Shown in pieces: positions 39,201-52,824 of a stretch of 64,000 bases of DNA (its first letter is position 1; each line of letters begins with the position of its first letter). The position numbers and the translations under genes are program-made. The notes beneath the pieces are model-generated. The model had not been told where the DNA came from. It ran no database searches and saw nothing but the letters and a program-made list of their open reading frames with translations. The DNA lies in the NCBI RefSeq assembly GCF_024521635.1, contig NW_026250429.1, positions 124,001 to 188,000 on the forward strand, given 5' to 3'. Source of the stretch: Tricharina praecox. Its lineage: Eukaryota.

Positions 39201-40315
39201 ACCGCCACCCACTCTCTCCTTTTTTTCTTTCCACATCATACAGCAACAATCATCACTCGATCATCCCTCGTTAGAATGTTGTCGGTCAATGATACCACCA
39301 CCAGATTTCTACGACTTTCTCACCTAAATCAGGACCGGCCTATGGGCCCTCTCGTCCACCTAGTAAGTTCAAGAAAACATATCTTCTCTTTCTTCGTGAA
39401 TGAAGTGATTTAACACAGAAAAAGTAGAAACGCCCCTGCGGATGCGGACACATTGAAGAAATGCAGCGGAGCACTGCAAAAGCTTCAGCGGTTCGGCACG
39501 CGAACTGTAGGTAAGTTCAAGTTAATTTATCTTCTTTTCCGTCATGAAGAGGTTTAACACAAAGGAAGTAGGGGCGCGCCTCTGTGGAGGTGGATACTTG
39601 TAGGATGTTGAACATCCCCAAACACAATTGCGGGCAATTTTGTGCTGGCAACAGGATCGCCAAAACGGCATAACGAAATACTTTCGTTCTGCCGTAATAC
39701 CATGGCGGCGCGGAGGACGCCATGGAATGGGTCGACAAGACCGGGGTCTTGTCGAGGATCCGTTTCGACTCGGACCCAGGTTCGGAGCCCGAGCCTGTAC
39801 CGGAAGAAGACAGCCGACCAGTGTGTCTTGGCGGGTCTGCGCAGTCGTTGATGAACGGTCCGCTCTTGGTGCTGGACTCGGAGGCTCCAAGTTTCATGTT
39901 ATGAATACCGAGTGATTGGCAGCAAGGGGAGGATGGCCGCCAGCGGACCGATGACATGTACCACGGCTACATTCTCTTGGCCGCAGTGTGGCGGGCGCGC
40001 TGCTGTGGGACCATGGTCCTGTAGTCGCCCGCCTGTTGGATCTTCGCAATAGTAGTGAGGCGGGCGCCGGGCGCGCGGAAAGATCCTCGTCATGAAGGCA
40101 ATTATACTGAGGATGAAAACGTGTGAGACCATGGTCCCGCACTCGGCCACCCGGTACATACCGAATCCATCAATCCCCACCTATTCAAAGTATGGTCGGT
40201 GTTGCGGCTAGCATGTGCCGGGCCCTTTGCCCGGTGCACCGCCACAATTCCAGGGCCATTCTCCTACCCGCAGACCTGACACCTACGATCTGGCCGCTGC
40301 TGGCCACCTCAGCAA

Positions 40316-40540
40316 ACGACAGACGACAGACGACAACGACAGACGACAACGACAGACGACAACGACAGACGACAACGACAGACGACAACGACAGACGACA
40401 ACGACAGACGACAACGACAGACGACAACGACAGACGACAACGACAGACGACAACGACAGACGACAACGACAGACGACAACGACAGACGACAACGACAGAC
40501 GACAACGACAGACGACAACGACAGACGACAACGACAGACG
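40316..40540. repeat. 13-bp minisatellite (GACAACGACAGAC)n, about 16-17 copies
   Basis: Near-perfect tandem units. Confidence 0.97.
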
Positions 40541-42136
40541 AAATCGAGGACAAGACCCAATTCACACTGCGTGTTGCCATGCCGACACCGCGACGTGACA
40601 AGCAGCACATCTACATCCGGCCACTGCTACCACTACTAGCCACCACGGTTTCAGGCCTTGCGAAGATTTTCGCACGTGACACCTAGAGGCTCCTTAGAAT
40701 ACCATCCGACATTGTGTCAGAGTGAAACTCCCAGTTTAAGCCAGGAACTGGTAAAGAGTTCATTTGGCGGGTGTCAAATCTCGCCGAACACGTCTCTCCA
40801 TAGAGGGGAAGTGCTAGAGCGGGACCATGGTCCCGCCCCGGTCCGTCGTGGCTGGAGCCTTTGCGGGAATCACCGCGCTTTCCCCTACCGGGGCTTTTCC
40901 AAGAGGTTGATTTGATGGATGGTTCGAGTTGTTCTTGGGAATGCAAAAGAGATTGGCGGAGGGTGTAGGAGCTGGAGGGGGGGGGGGGGGCTGAGGGCCC
41001 CGCGCCACCGGCAAGATCCCTATTGTGGTACGTGTATCTGTACTGGTCGTAATGTGCATTGTGGGATGGAATCATGGAATTTATTTGGTTGCTCAGTCTT
41101 TAATCTTCCGTGCTTATATCTCGTGCTAAACTTCCGCTCTAAAAACCTCTCAAGACGTAGAGATAGCGGGGCAGCGAGTCTGTAGATTGACGATGCTGGA
41201 CTCCTTGAGGTTCGATTGAGATGCGAGATATTCGTAGGAGCGGAATGACTGTCTCAAATGTACTGAGATAGATAGGAAAATTGGTAGGAAGATAGAACTG
41301 TTTTGTTGCTTGGTTCTTCTTCTTCTCCCAGCCTGTGCCCTTCCATATATACAGAATATGTCTGCCATTGGGAGATAGGCCCGCCGGCGACACCAGACAG
41401 CAGACCAGACAGCAGAGCTCATCTCCTCCTCCGGATACAGTTCGCATGACCGAGTCCTTGACTCCTTCAGAATGGAGAACAGTGATCCTTGAAACTCTAC
41501 TATCACTTTACAGCGGACATGAGGATAGAATCAGATAGATCCTGCAAGTTCTCCAGACGCCGTAATCTGACAACTACGGCCGGAATGCATCGACCTTCCA
41601 CTCAAATGTACACTCGATTCTACTTCCTCTCGCACACGACGTGTTCGTGGCCAAGGCGGCATCGGGTACATCCTCATCCGCTACCCATTTCGCAGGCCGT
41701 AGCCACTCATGAATGGCTGTGCGTAATGCACCGGCGATCACTCGCGGCCTTGTACTTTACATGCAAATATTATGCGTTTCCACTCTTGCGAGGGCACTTT
41801 GTCACTGCCTCCCCAGGCCGGAAAGCGGCGAGTTGAAAGAAGGAGAACACATCAAGAGGGAGAGGAGATATTGGTTGATAGTCTATTCTGTAGATGATGA
41901 TTGAGAGAGAAGAAGACGAAGAAGTGTCAGATGTAGAGAGATAGATGTGAATGAACTGATTATTATGATGCTCTCGTCAAGGAGCACAGGATCTCTATAT
42001 ACAAGTAGGGTCTGCATTGAGTGTCCGCTCCAGGGATCAGACGTCCGGAATGAGGTCCATGTCCACTGGGAGTTCTCCGTAGTCTCCTTGGATCCACCTC
42101 CAAGTCCGGACGTCTGACTTTTGACAAGAAGAGCCC

Positions 42137-42240
42137 GCCATGGCCGCCAACGTTGATGCCCACCGCTACTAACCACATTCGTTCTCTCCCGCCGACAGAA
42201 GTCCTATTGCACTTCCTCCACTCGCTGACAGCTCTTCCAT
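42137..42240 (+). repeat. Dispersed repeat copy 2 (partner at about 22939-23040)
   Basis: Same alignment as copy 1. Confidence 0.8.
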
Positions 42241-44599
42241 CACTTCCTTCTGTCGCCGGCAGCTCTTCCATCACCCCCGACAGCTCCTCCTCCCAACAGC
42301 TCCTCCATCCCTCCGCCCCACCATCGAGTTCATATCGAAAACCTTCTTCCGCGCCATCACCCCACACGTAAGCTTTTGCCCGATGCCCAGTCTCAGGCTC
42401 TCAGTCTTTACGTAGCAGCCCCACAGTCCCAATCACCTGATGTCTCTGAAGTTTCGGCCAAATCCGCGTAGCTGCTTCAGCCTTCAGATCGAACGCATGG
42501 GATGTCTGCCCATCCCACATCCCACATCGCGGAGACTCGAGACACTCGCTCATCGTGTCGAGTCCGGATTCATCATTCGCTGGAGGACGCTCCACTTGAT
42601 TCGGATGGTGGGAGTTACTTTGAGCAACGGTTGCGAGACTCGAAAGTGCCCACAACAGCCTCCGTGGATACCCGCATCCTCCAGCTTCATGCCTATTCGA
42701 CGAGTTGTATTGAGATTCGACTTCAGCGGCCTGTACGGTCTAGTCTACCTGTGCATTCCAGCATATGTACAACTCCCCACGCATGTCGCCTGTCGTCTGT
42801 TCGTTCCGTCTCGACTCTCGACTCTCCAGCCCATATGTACACATTCACACACGTGCAGCGTGCTGGACGTCGCTACCGCCGGTCCCCTCACCCCCGCCTT
42901 TCATCGACTTCTTCCTCTTCTTCACTTCTTCAAATGGATTCCAACACTGCACTTCACTCTGAACTTCACTCTGCACTTCATGCCCCACTAGTCCACGACC
43001 GCTCTCCAGCAACCCACCTCCAGCAACCAACCTCCAGCAACCCACTTCCAGCAACCCACATCCCACCTCCCTATTCCAGCCCACACCACGTTCGGACCCA
43101 GGATGCATTTCCATCGTTGGGCGTCTCATCGCAGCACTTCAGGTGGTATGCAAACGATCGTTTCCAGCGACCAACAGCCGCGACAGCGAGAATTTACAAC
43201 TTACAAGTGCCGGCTGGTGTTACGTCGGTATGATAGTCGATTGGGGGCCGGGGCATGTGATGAACTCGAACAGGCTACAGCTTATAGGCGCGCATATATG
43301 CTATATATGTGGACATGTTTATGTATGGAAGGAAGAATAGGTACGTCTACGTCTAGGCACTGGCGGTGACTTGCCCACGAAAGAGGCCGGAAGGCGGCCA
43401 AGCGGGACTCGGGAGCGCCACGAAAGAGGCCGTATGCACACTACATTGGTGTATATATGCGACATGTCGCCAAGCGCTGGTTGCCGCTACCTGTGTTGGT
43501 TATTGGAGCTTGGTTGTTGATGGCCCAGACTCCAGACTCCAGATCATGGACGACGACGCGGTACTACCGGTACTAGTGTCCCCCACATACCCGCAAAGAT
43601 CTCTGGTTTAGCAAGCCTCAAGGTGGTCTGCCGACGGCCGTGAACACTGAAACCTGGAATCCGGTCGATTTTCAACCATGGAATCGTGATAATTAGCGCG
43701 TAAGCCCCCCGCCACATTTCCCTAGCCATTACATATATGCGACAAACGAGGTCGCAGAGGATAGGTAGCGGGCGCAAATTCCAAAGACCAGACCGAAGCT
43801 CCCATTGGGATCTGAGCGGCTTCGAACTTTCGAATCCTGTTTCTGCGGGCTTCAACGAAACCAGTTGCGTGCGTGCGTGCTGCAGGCCCGGTTAGATCGC
43901 GCGTCGGTTCTTTTTGCCCTTCCCTTGGTTTCCGGGCTAACTTAGTCGACTGAGGCGCGCTTGTGGCTTGTGCACTGCAGATGCCGCGCGGTCGGCGGTC
44001 GCCTGTCGACAGTCTGTCGGCACTTTGGTTATCTACCGCCAATGCATGTATGTAGAGTAACCTCAAGCTGGCATTGGGCAAAAAAGGAAAGAATGAATGA
44101 AAGAAGCATGACTACATTGGTCTGTCTATGTAGACTGTAGTTAAGGGCGCGTGTGACTCTGCAGATATGGAGATACCGTATCCAGCCGGCAAACTCGCAG
44201 CTTCCAGTCGTGCTGGACTGATACGGCCTCCCCCACATCGAAGTGCAATTCAGCCTCACCACCTCCAAGACTCCCAGTGCCCAGTGCCCACTGCCCAGAC
44301 TCGCAGTGCACGTTTCTGTAGTGCTGCACGCGCGCTCGTTGTGGCTCTTGCACGTGGAGTATGCACGCGATCCCATGCGGCCGCAATCCATTTAGAGCAC
44401 TAGACTACATAAGCGCTTCCGCTTCGAATCTTCGATTGATAGCTGAAGCCTGAATGATAGCAAAGGGGACAAACACCAGATACGAGATAGGTAGTACGAA
44501 TTGATTTGAATTGGATTCGATGCCGTCGTCAGCCCATTATAGACGGTACCCCCTCCCTTTCTGCCTCCCTCAAAAAACAAAAAACAAGAGAGAACACGA

Positions 44600-46079
44600 T
44601 CAGTGGCGCGCTGTTGACGGCTTCCGTCCGTAGACCACGTAGCTGGTGGGTGTTAGTTTGATACTGCGTGGATGCCTATGGGAAATGTGAGGGAGGGGGA
44701 GGGAACGGGGGCTTACTAGTGGCAGTAAGCGTGAATGTTCTTGTTGCGAACCGACTTCATCCCCTCGCGGCACTGGCGGTCCGCCTCCTCTCCGTCCATG
44801 CCGAGGACTCTCGTGAACGCGGCCATGCTGTACGCATGGAAGCCTATCGCACACTGTCAACAACCATCATCCTTCCCAAAACCCGTCGCAATCAATACCA
44901 GTTTCACACTGCAACATAACCATCGCGCCAGCATGTTTCAGCCTGGGATCCTTTGGCCAGGGTGCCATAGCGTTTTTATACGTGATGACCTCGACATCGA
45001 CGAAGCCCGCAGCCTCGAGGCCAGCCTTCATGGCGGGGCCTTTGGCGGCCGGCCGTCCCAGCTTCTCCATCGCTTGCGTGGTCAGCTCGAAGCAGCGCTT
45101 CACGGCGTTGTCGGGTGCCAGCGTGTTGTCGTCGGAAAATATCTCGCCGCCGAGCTCCCCCAGCTCCACCCAGCCCCCCGGTGCGGTGCACCGGTACATC
45201 TCCCGGTATAGCTTCGGCCAGTTGTTGATTGCCTGTGCGAGGTTGCGCGCGTGGATGAAGTCGAAGTTGTCCTGCTGCCCGTTAACCCACCTATCCCTCA
45301 CCCATCCCCCCATCCACCTCCCATCCTCCTCCCCCCCTCTCCCCCACCCCTCCTTCAGAGTCATCAAGTACATACCGGCGGATACGTCCACTCCAGCTCT
45401 ACATCGTCAACCTCGAACTTACAGTTCGGCGGCATCCAGCGCGGCTGTATCGGCGAGAGGTCGGTACCTATGACCTGGGCCTCGGGAAACCTGTCTGCCA
45501 TGTCGATCGCCCAGATCCCAGTGCCAGTGCCCACGTCGAGTATCCGCTGCGGATTCGAGATCGGCGCTTTGTGGATGGCGCCCTCGAGGATCAGGCGCGT
45601 TATCTCGTGGTACATGTCGAGGCGGTCTTGTTCTGCCTGTGGGGCGGTGGGGGTGTTAGTGCGGGAGAGAGGGGGGGAGGTGAAGGGGGGAGGAAGCGGG
45701 AGGAAGCGGGGGAACACGTGCCTCGTCAGTAGGCATCAGGTTCTTGTCCTCGCCGAAATAGGTGTGGTATCGCCGCCCGTTCTCGAAGACGTATTTGTTA
45801 ATCGACGAGGTCAGGCTGGCCGTGCTCGTGTCGTAGCTGTGGGGGCGCAGGTGTCAATTCGATGATGATACAAGGTAGGAGGTCTGGGGATTCTGTGTAC
45901 GAACCCGCAGCTGGAATAGTCCGAGTCATCGTTCTCGAGCTGGGTGCGGGGGAGACGGAGCGTTAGCAATAGACACGATTAGACTATCTATGCTTGCTGG
46001 CGGGGAGATTGGGGAGGTTGCGAGTAGGTAGAGAGCATACCAGTGACGGATCGACCTCGAGAGGAAAGTTGTGGGCCAT
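44600..46079 (-). CDS. LaeA-like SAM-dependent methyltransferase, paralogue 2 (7 exons)
   Basis: MAHNFPLEVDP start; YVFENGRRYH, EQDRLDMYH, ILDVGTGTGIWAIDMAD, FEVDD, FDFIHAR, APGGWVE, PWPKD, YVVYGRKP. Confidence 0.9.
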
Positions 46080-47585
46080 CGTGATTCGGATTCGCGATTC
46101 GTGAGTGGCTTCTGTTGCTGGGGATTCGAGAGTCGAGAAATCTGCTGGGCGTTGCACTGTTAGGTTCTGCCGAATGATCACCGTCCCATCCCATGTGTTT
46201 TATACCACCTCTGCTCGCTCGTTTCGACTTATAATGGCTGCTAATATGATTGCTCCCATCCCATGGTGCGCAAAGCCACTAACGCATGTATGCCAAAGGG
46301 AGGGGGGCCTTTCCCGTCCTGGCCGTCCAAAGTTCCACGGCCAAGTCGACGTCCGTATGTAAGCTGTAGCCGCCGTAACGGGTTGCGGCTGCTGCCGATC
46401 TCCAGCCCGACGCGGTCCGCCCACATCGCCTCTCTCCACCACAGCAAGAGCAAGAGCTGACCGAAGGAATAAGCACGCCCCCCTGTGAGCAAGCACCGAT
46501 TCGGATTGGCCGCGCTCTACTCTGCCGATGTTTGCGAGCACCATCTACACAAACCACCGCGGAAAGTGGGGAGCCCCACCCGCAGCACACGCGCATATGT
46601 GTGTGTGACCTACCTACATGGTATAAATCGGTACCTCGTCGGGATTCTCCTGTGTAAGACCTATGGGGATTACCTTAAATCCCGCAACTTACTCTACATG
46701 CAGGCAACAGGCTCACATCCACCCCACCGATTTGCGCGTACCTATTTGAGATGGCCGGCTGATGGAATAACCGAGTATGCACTGATGGACCGATGGTTCT
46801 CGAGAGTTGACAGGCTGGAAACCGGGGAAGGAAGGAAGGGAAAGTTCAAAGGGCGGGGGGTGAGTAAGCTTCCCCTGCTCGCATCACAGATCCTCACTCA
46901 AGATCGACATCCGATCTGTTGGAGACTCGGAGTCGAGTAGGAAACACTAGGAACTCTACGGATTACCGTGACCACAACAGTCACCCCGGTCCTGTCATGT
47001 CACCTCCCGTCTTTCGTCTCCAGAATCTCGAACTGTATGCGAAACCTCCGGTCAGCGCACACAGCGACAGTCCCGACTCCCGACTCCCGCCCAGGACGTT
47101 CGCCGGTTTCCATGGCTGACGAGTGGCGGAGAGCAGTTACGAACGTTGATGCACCACCACCTCCGGGCTCCCTACAGGCTACATTCAGTCTCCCCGTCCT
47201 TGCCTCGCAACTTCAAAGTTCAACAAATGTCGATCTCCGGCGGACCTTCACAAGCAGTGTACTATTACCTATATCCTAGCTAGCCAGCCAGCCGGCTATA
47301 AACTACAGGCTATATAGTCTCGGATCCCACACGCAGCCTCGGCCCGTCTTGTCGCAGGATCCACGAGTTCGTCCTGACTCCCGTCTTAGCCCATATCCCA
47401 CGTTCAACGCTACATTCGCTTCGTCACATGGCTTCTGCGGGCCTGTGGCCCATACTTTATCAGGGCCGATGATCGATCCTCGGCGTGTAGACAGTAGCCA
47501 TATTAGTGATGGGCCATGACTCATGAATTACCGCCCATGATCTATGATCTATCCCACCCGTTCCGCGGCCTCTATCATCTATCAT

Positions 47586-50500
47586 CTATGATACTATCGT
47601 ATTCGCAAACCTACTCACTCCCCCATCCCCCTCGTCCTCCTCCTCCGTCTTAACAGCCCTCCTCACCTCCCTCCCCACCCCCGCCCCAACCACAGGCACA
47701 ACACTCCCACTATCCCATCCCAGCTCCCCCTCCTCCGGCACATCCTTCATCCAGCCCTCCTCCACCTTCATCCCCAGCGCCGCGCGCAGCACCACCGCAG
47801 CACCAATCTTGCTGGCCACTGCGTTCCCCTCCTTACACGCCGGACCCAAGCAGCAGTCGACACATCCCTTCTCGCAAAGACAGTTCTCAACCCTTTCACA
47901 CGCCCTTCTCAGCACATCCTCGGCCTGCCCGTACGCCGCTGCCGCCCCGCCGCCGCCCGCACGCGCCTCATAGAACACCAGCCTCGCCTTGCGCCTCCTC
48001 GTGCTCTGTGTTTTCGCCCACTCCTTTTCGGGCGCTTTACACTCGGTCCTCAGCTCTTTTCCAGGTAGCAGGTTAAGAACCGCGTGCGCAGCGGCATGTA
48101 TCCCGGCGGCGGAATTAAGCCTCCAGCTACGCATTTCCTGCAGGAGTTCGGACGGAAGATCGATCCAGACTCCCAGGGCCTCGCGCTTGATCCCCGGCGA
48201 GTCCACGTCCACCGCGTCCAGGATGCGGCGGTACCTGTCCAGCTTGTAGTAGCCGAAGACCTTTGTCGCGATGTGGACGGGGCCGTAGGCGATGTGGCTG
48301 GAGGAGGGGGGCCGCAGCGGCTTGATCGCGCGGGTTTGCAGCGGGTCCACGTCCGTGAAGTCGCGTGGCGAGGTCGTCCAGGACACGTTCACCGCTTCGA
48401 CTGCGGCGAGGCGGGATTCTGCGGAGAATGTGCGGATTAGGAATGGCCGCCCCTGGTGCAGGAATATGCCGCCTTCGTAGAGGGCGAATATGGCGCGGGA
48501 GGGCTCGAGCTCTTCGAGCAGTACGTTGCGCGAATGCGTCACATCGATCACGGCGTACCCGGTGTCCTCCGTGTCGCGGATGGCGACGTGGCGCGGGGGG
48601 TAGGGTAGGTAGCGCGGGTGCGGGTTGTGGAAGCCGGTGGTTGCGTCGAAGATGAGTTTTTCCAGTGGGAGGTTGGGGCCCAGGAAGTACGAGTCGCGGT
48701 CGGTGTCCACGGGCAGCTCGTGTGCTGCGCATTGAAGATGCGCTTCGAGGATGGAGGCGTTGGTGATGTCGACAGTGAGCGGTGCAGAACTCTTGGTGAA
48801 CAGTTCAGACGGGTGCGTCATGTAATGTTGGTCGATTGGGAATGCGCCGCCGACGAGCACCGAGAGGGAGTCTCTATTCCTTCTGCCGGCACGTCCGGAT
48901 TGTTGTCTGAAGGCGGAGATGGAGTGCGGAAAATTCACGGTTATCACGGCATCTGATCACATCTGTCAGCTGGAGTGAAGAAGCCAATGGAGGAAGCAAT
49001 ACAGACCGAGACTGCCAATATCCACACCCAACTCCAGCGCATTGGTAGCCACGATCCCCATAATTTGACCTTCAAACATCTCTTTTTCGATCCTCCGGCG
49101 ATCCTGCGGAATATACCCGCCTCTGTATCCCATCACGCGATCTGTAACCTCTCCTCTGCCCAACCTCTGCAGTTCCGCGCGAACAGCGCGCAGCACAAGC
49201 TCACAGGCTGTTCTGATCCGACAAAACGCAATCGTCCTGACCCCGCGGAGTATGAGCTGAGCGAAGATCCTGGCCGCCTCGGAGATGGAGTCGGCGCGGC
49301 CAGAAGATGGATCATCGGCGGCCTTGAAGGGCGTGTTCCAGCATAGAAACTCTTTGCGGCCAGATGGAGAGCCATCCACGTCTGTCAGACGAACTGAGTC
49401 GATGCCAAAGATGTTGCGCATGTGCTCGATAGGATTGCTGATCGTGGCGGAGCACGAGATGAACCGGACATCGTGATTGCCCACCGCTGAACAGATTCGG
49501 CGGAGGCGGCGCATAATGAACGCGACGTGGCTGCCGAAGAGGCCAGTGTAGACGTGGAGTTCTGCGATTCATGCGTTAGATTCAACGAAGCAAGATGTGA
49601 GGCGGGAAACCATACCATCGACAACCACAAACTTGAGGTTCTTGAGAAACATGCGCCAGTGTTCCTCGTTGGGAAGGATATTGAGATGCAGCATATCCGG
49701 ATTTGTAAATATGACCGATGCCTCGTCTCGAATCCGCCGTCGTTCATCGGATGGAGTATCGCCGTCGAAAGTATCCACGACGACATCCCCAAGGCGTGGC
49801 ATGTAGCTCAGCACTTCAGTCAAGCTTCTCTTCTGATCCTGGGCCAGTGCCTTCGTCGGGAAGATGAACATCGCCCTCGAGTCTCTGTCCTGCTCGAGCT
49901 CGTGCAGCACCGGAATCTGGTAGATCAGAGACTTTCCCGAGGACGTAGACGTAGAGACGATGACATGGTGGCCGTCGTTGAGATTGTTTATCGCCTCCGC
50001 CTGATGCGAATACAGCCTCGTAATGTTCCTCGCAGTGTAAATCGCATTCACCAGCTCTTGAGACATCAAAAAGCTCAAGTCCCCGTAGACCGGCGGTTGC
50101 TCGTCAAACATCCGATGGCCATCTTCCACGATCTGGTCCGAGTACACCTCCTCCCTCTTGATCTCCTCGATGATCTCTGCGATCGACTTGCGTTCTGTCG
50201 GGATCTCGACGGGTATGGTAGTAGTGTTCAACGATGCGGGAGACGGCTGGTTCGATTTCTCGGGAATGTACGGCCGATGCTGTTTCTGTATGCTCTCGAC
50301 CGGATCCTCCCCCGCCTCTACACACTGCTGTACAAACTGATCCACCGCCACCTGGAACCTGCTGTTCCGCTTATCGATGAGCTTCTTCATCTGCAGAACC
50401 GAGACAGTCGGCATCTTAAACTCCCCCATCCCCGCCGCCGTCTTCCCCTTCTTCAACGACTTCAATTTGCCACCAATAGACAACCGCACGTCCTCGACGA

Positions 50501-50969
50501 ACTCAAACAGTAGCACCTCCTCCCCGTGGCCATGGCCGTCTTCCTCTACCCCGCCCTGCCGGGTCTTAGAATACGCCTCATCCCGCTCCTTCTCCCTCCC
50601 GCCACCAGCAACATATATCTGCAGCGCCTCGTCGTCGACGTACTCAAAGTACACGCCCTTAGGCACGAGACATTTGATCTGTGCGATATCTGTGATCGTG
50701 AGCGTCCGCCGCGTGTGCGCCTCGACGGCTGACCGCAGGTTGTCGAACGTCGTCGTGAGCTGCTTGCGCGAGCAGAAGAATGCTTGTACGAGGTTCAGCG
50801 CGCGGTGCACAAGCTCCAGGTCGCGGAAATGCTGGGGCCATGGAATCGAAGGAGTTGGGGGCGACGCGGGCTTGGGAGCACGACCGGTTTTAGGAGGACG
50901 ACCGGTTTTCTTTGCTGCCGGGGCGGAGGCGGTGGAGGTTGTCGCGGCGGTCTTGCGTTTTGGCGGCAT
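47586..50969 (-). CDS. HRQ1: RecQ4-family DEAH helicase Hrq1 with C-terminal DUF1998 zinc domain
   Basis: LYSHQAEAI, STSTSSGKS, FPTKALAQDQ, VVVDELH (after splicing), SCSATISNP, ATNALELGVDIG, QQSGRAGRR, CLCEKGCVDC; two introns. Confidence 0.93.
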
Positions 50970-51366
50970 GGACGCGGAGTACGATATGTTTGGGGAAATG
51001 AGCGACGGGGGAGACGCGACGGAATGGCGGCTGTGGCGAGGGCACATGGTATGATGTCACCAGGTCCACGTAAATTAAGAAAGGCGCAAAATCCTAAATC
51101 GGGTACGCCTTCCATTACATTCAGCCCATCACAGGGCGGTCCGCTATTCGGGACAATCCTGCATTCTGTCTTCTTTTCTGTTTAATCATCGATTTCATTC
51201 TGTCCTACTGCGGACGAGCTCTATCACATGCTAAAGCAGAGTGATACTGCATGTGCCAAGTGTTCCTCCCCGCCAATCTCAGCCCTACTCGTTGCCTCCG
51301 TGTAACAATAGTACAAGTCCCAGAGTCCCCTACGCGTGTCCCCGCAACCCCTCAATGCTCAAAACC

Positions 51367-52824
51367 ATGGCCTCCGCCGCCGCTACCACGACGCCAAAGA
51401 TGCCGTCGGCTCTCACGTTTCAGATCGTGGCCAAGTGCTCGGTTCGTTTACCCTCAATCTCCGCCATTCGAAGTTTAACGTTATGATACGCTCGCCCAGA
51501 CCACGAAAGCGCGGGCCTCCGTTCTCCGATTGCCTCACGGCCCGGTCGAAACTCCGCTGTTCATGCCCGTGGCTACTCAGGGCTCTCTGAAAGGCCTCAC
51601 CCCAGAACAGCTCGAGGCTTCGGGCTGCAGATTGTGTCTAAATAATACTTACCACCTCGGCCTGAAACCCGGACAGGTGGTCCTCGATGCCATCGGCGGC
51701 GCGCACAAACTCCAAGGCTGGAACCACAACATCCTAACCGACAGCGGTGGGTATGTCCTTCCCGTCCCATCGCACCTCGCACCCCGAACTGACCGGGACA
51801 AAGTTTCCAGATGGTTTCCCTACTCGAGCTCGCAACCGTTACCGAATCCGGTGTTGAATTCCGGTCTCCACACGACGGCTCGCCGATGCTCCTGACCCCC
51901 GAGCACTCCATGGACCTCCAGCACAGCATCGGCTCTGACATAATAATGCAGCTCGACGACGTGATTGCGACGACCTCCACCGACGACGCCCGCATGCGCG
52001 AAGCCATGCACCGTTCCATCCGGTGGCTGGACCGGTGCATCACCGAGCATCTCAAAGTGCCTCCCTCCTCCACCTCTCCCACCGCAACCTATGCCGACAC
52101 GCAAAACCTCTTCTGCATCATCCAAGGCGGGCTGGACCTCGCCCTCCGCAAGGAGTGCTGCGAGGAAATGGTGAAGCGCGACACCCCCGGCATCGCCATC
52201 GGCGGTCTCAGCGGCGGCGAGGAGAAAGAAAAGTACTGCCAGGTGGTAACGACATGCACCGACCTGCTACCCGAGGGGAAGCCCCGGTACGTCATGGGCG
52301 TCGGCTACCCCGAGGACCTGATCGTCTCTGTCGCGCTGGGTGCGGACATGTTCGACTGCGTATGGGGCACGCGGACCGCGCGCTTCGGCAACGCCATCAC
52401 CAGCCGCGGGGTCCTCAATCTGCGCAATTCGCGATACGCAAACGATTTCTCCGCCATCGATCCCGACTGCACCTGTACCATCTGCTCCCCGCAGGATAGC
52501 CCCGCCCGAGCACCACTCAACCCCACCAACGGCCCCGCCTCCTACGCCGACGGCAGCGGGTACACAGATAAGGGCCTCGGTATCACGCGCGCGTTCATTC
52601 ATCACCTTGCGGCGAAAGAGACGGTCGGCGCGCATATGCTCACAATGCATAATGTCGCGTATCTACTCAAGCTCATGAATAATGCCCGCACGGCGGTCGT
52701 CGAGGATCGATACCCGCAGTTCTTGAGGGATACGTTTGGAAGATGGTATGGTGGGGATAAAGAAGCGTTTCCGAAGTGGGCGGTGGATGCGCTGAAGGGC
52801 GTGGGCGTGGATTTGTTGGCGTAG
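51367..52824 (+). CDS. QTRT1: Queuine tRNA-ribosyltransferase catalytic subunit
   Basis: TPLFMPVATQGSLKG, NNTYHLG, LTDSGGFQMVSL (spliced), DIIMQLDD, IIQGG, GGLSGGE, PRYVMGVG, DMFDCV, CTCTIC and HN zinc ligands; two introns; alternative ATG at 51355. Confidence 0.95.

Noticed and set aside
40123..40686. ORFs with RQTTTTDDND or VVVVCRCRLS repeats
   Set aside because: Translations of the 13-bp minisatellite.
40608..40686. In-frame TAG codons linking minus-strand ORFs, as possible A-to-I edited stops
   Set aside because: No recognisable protein spans the stops, so editing cannot be argued from sequence alone.
49527..51054. Overlapping 328-aa and 225-aa plus-strand ORFs
   Set aside because: Antisense to HRQ1 in GC-rich coding DNA, with no motifs of their own.
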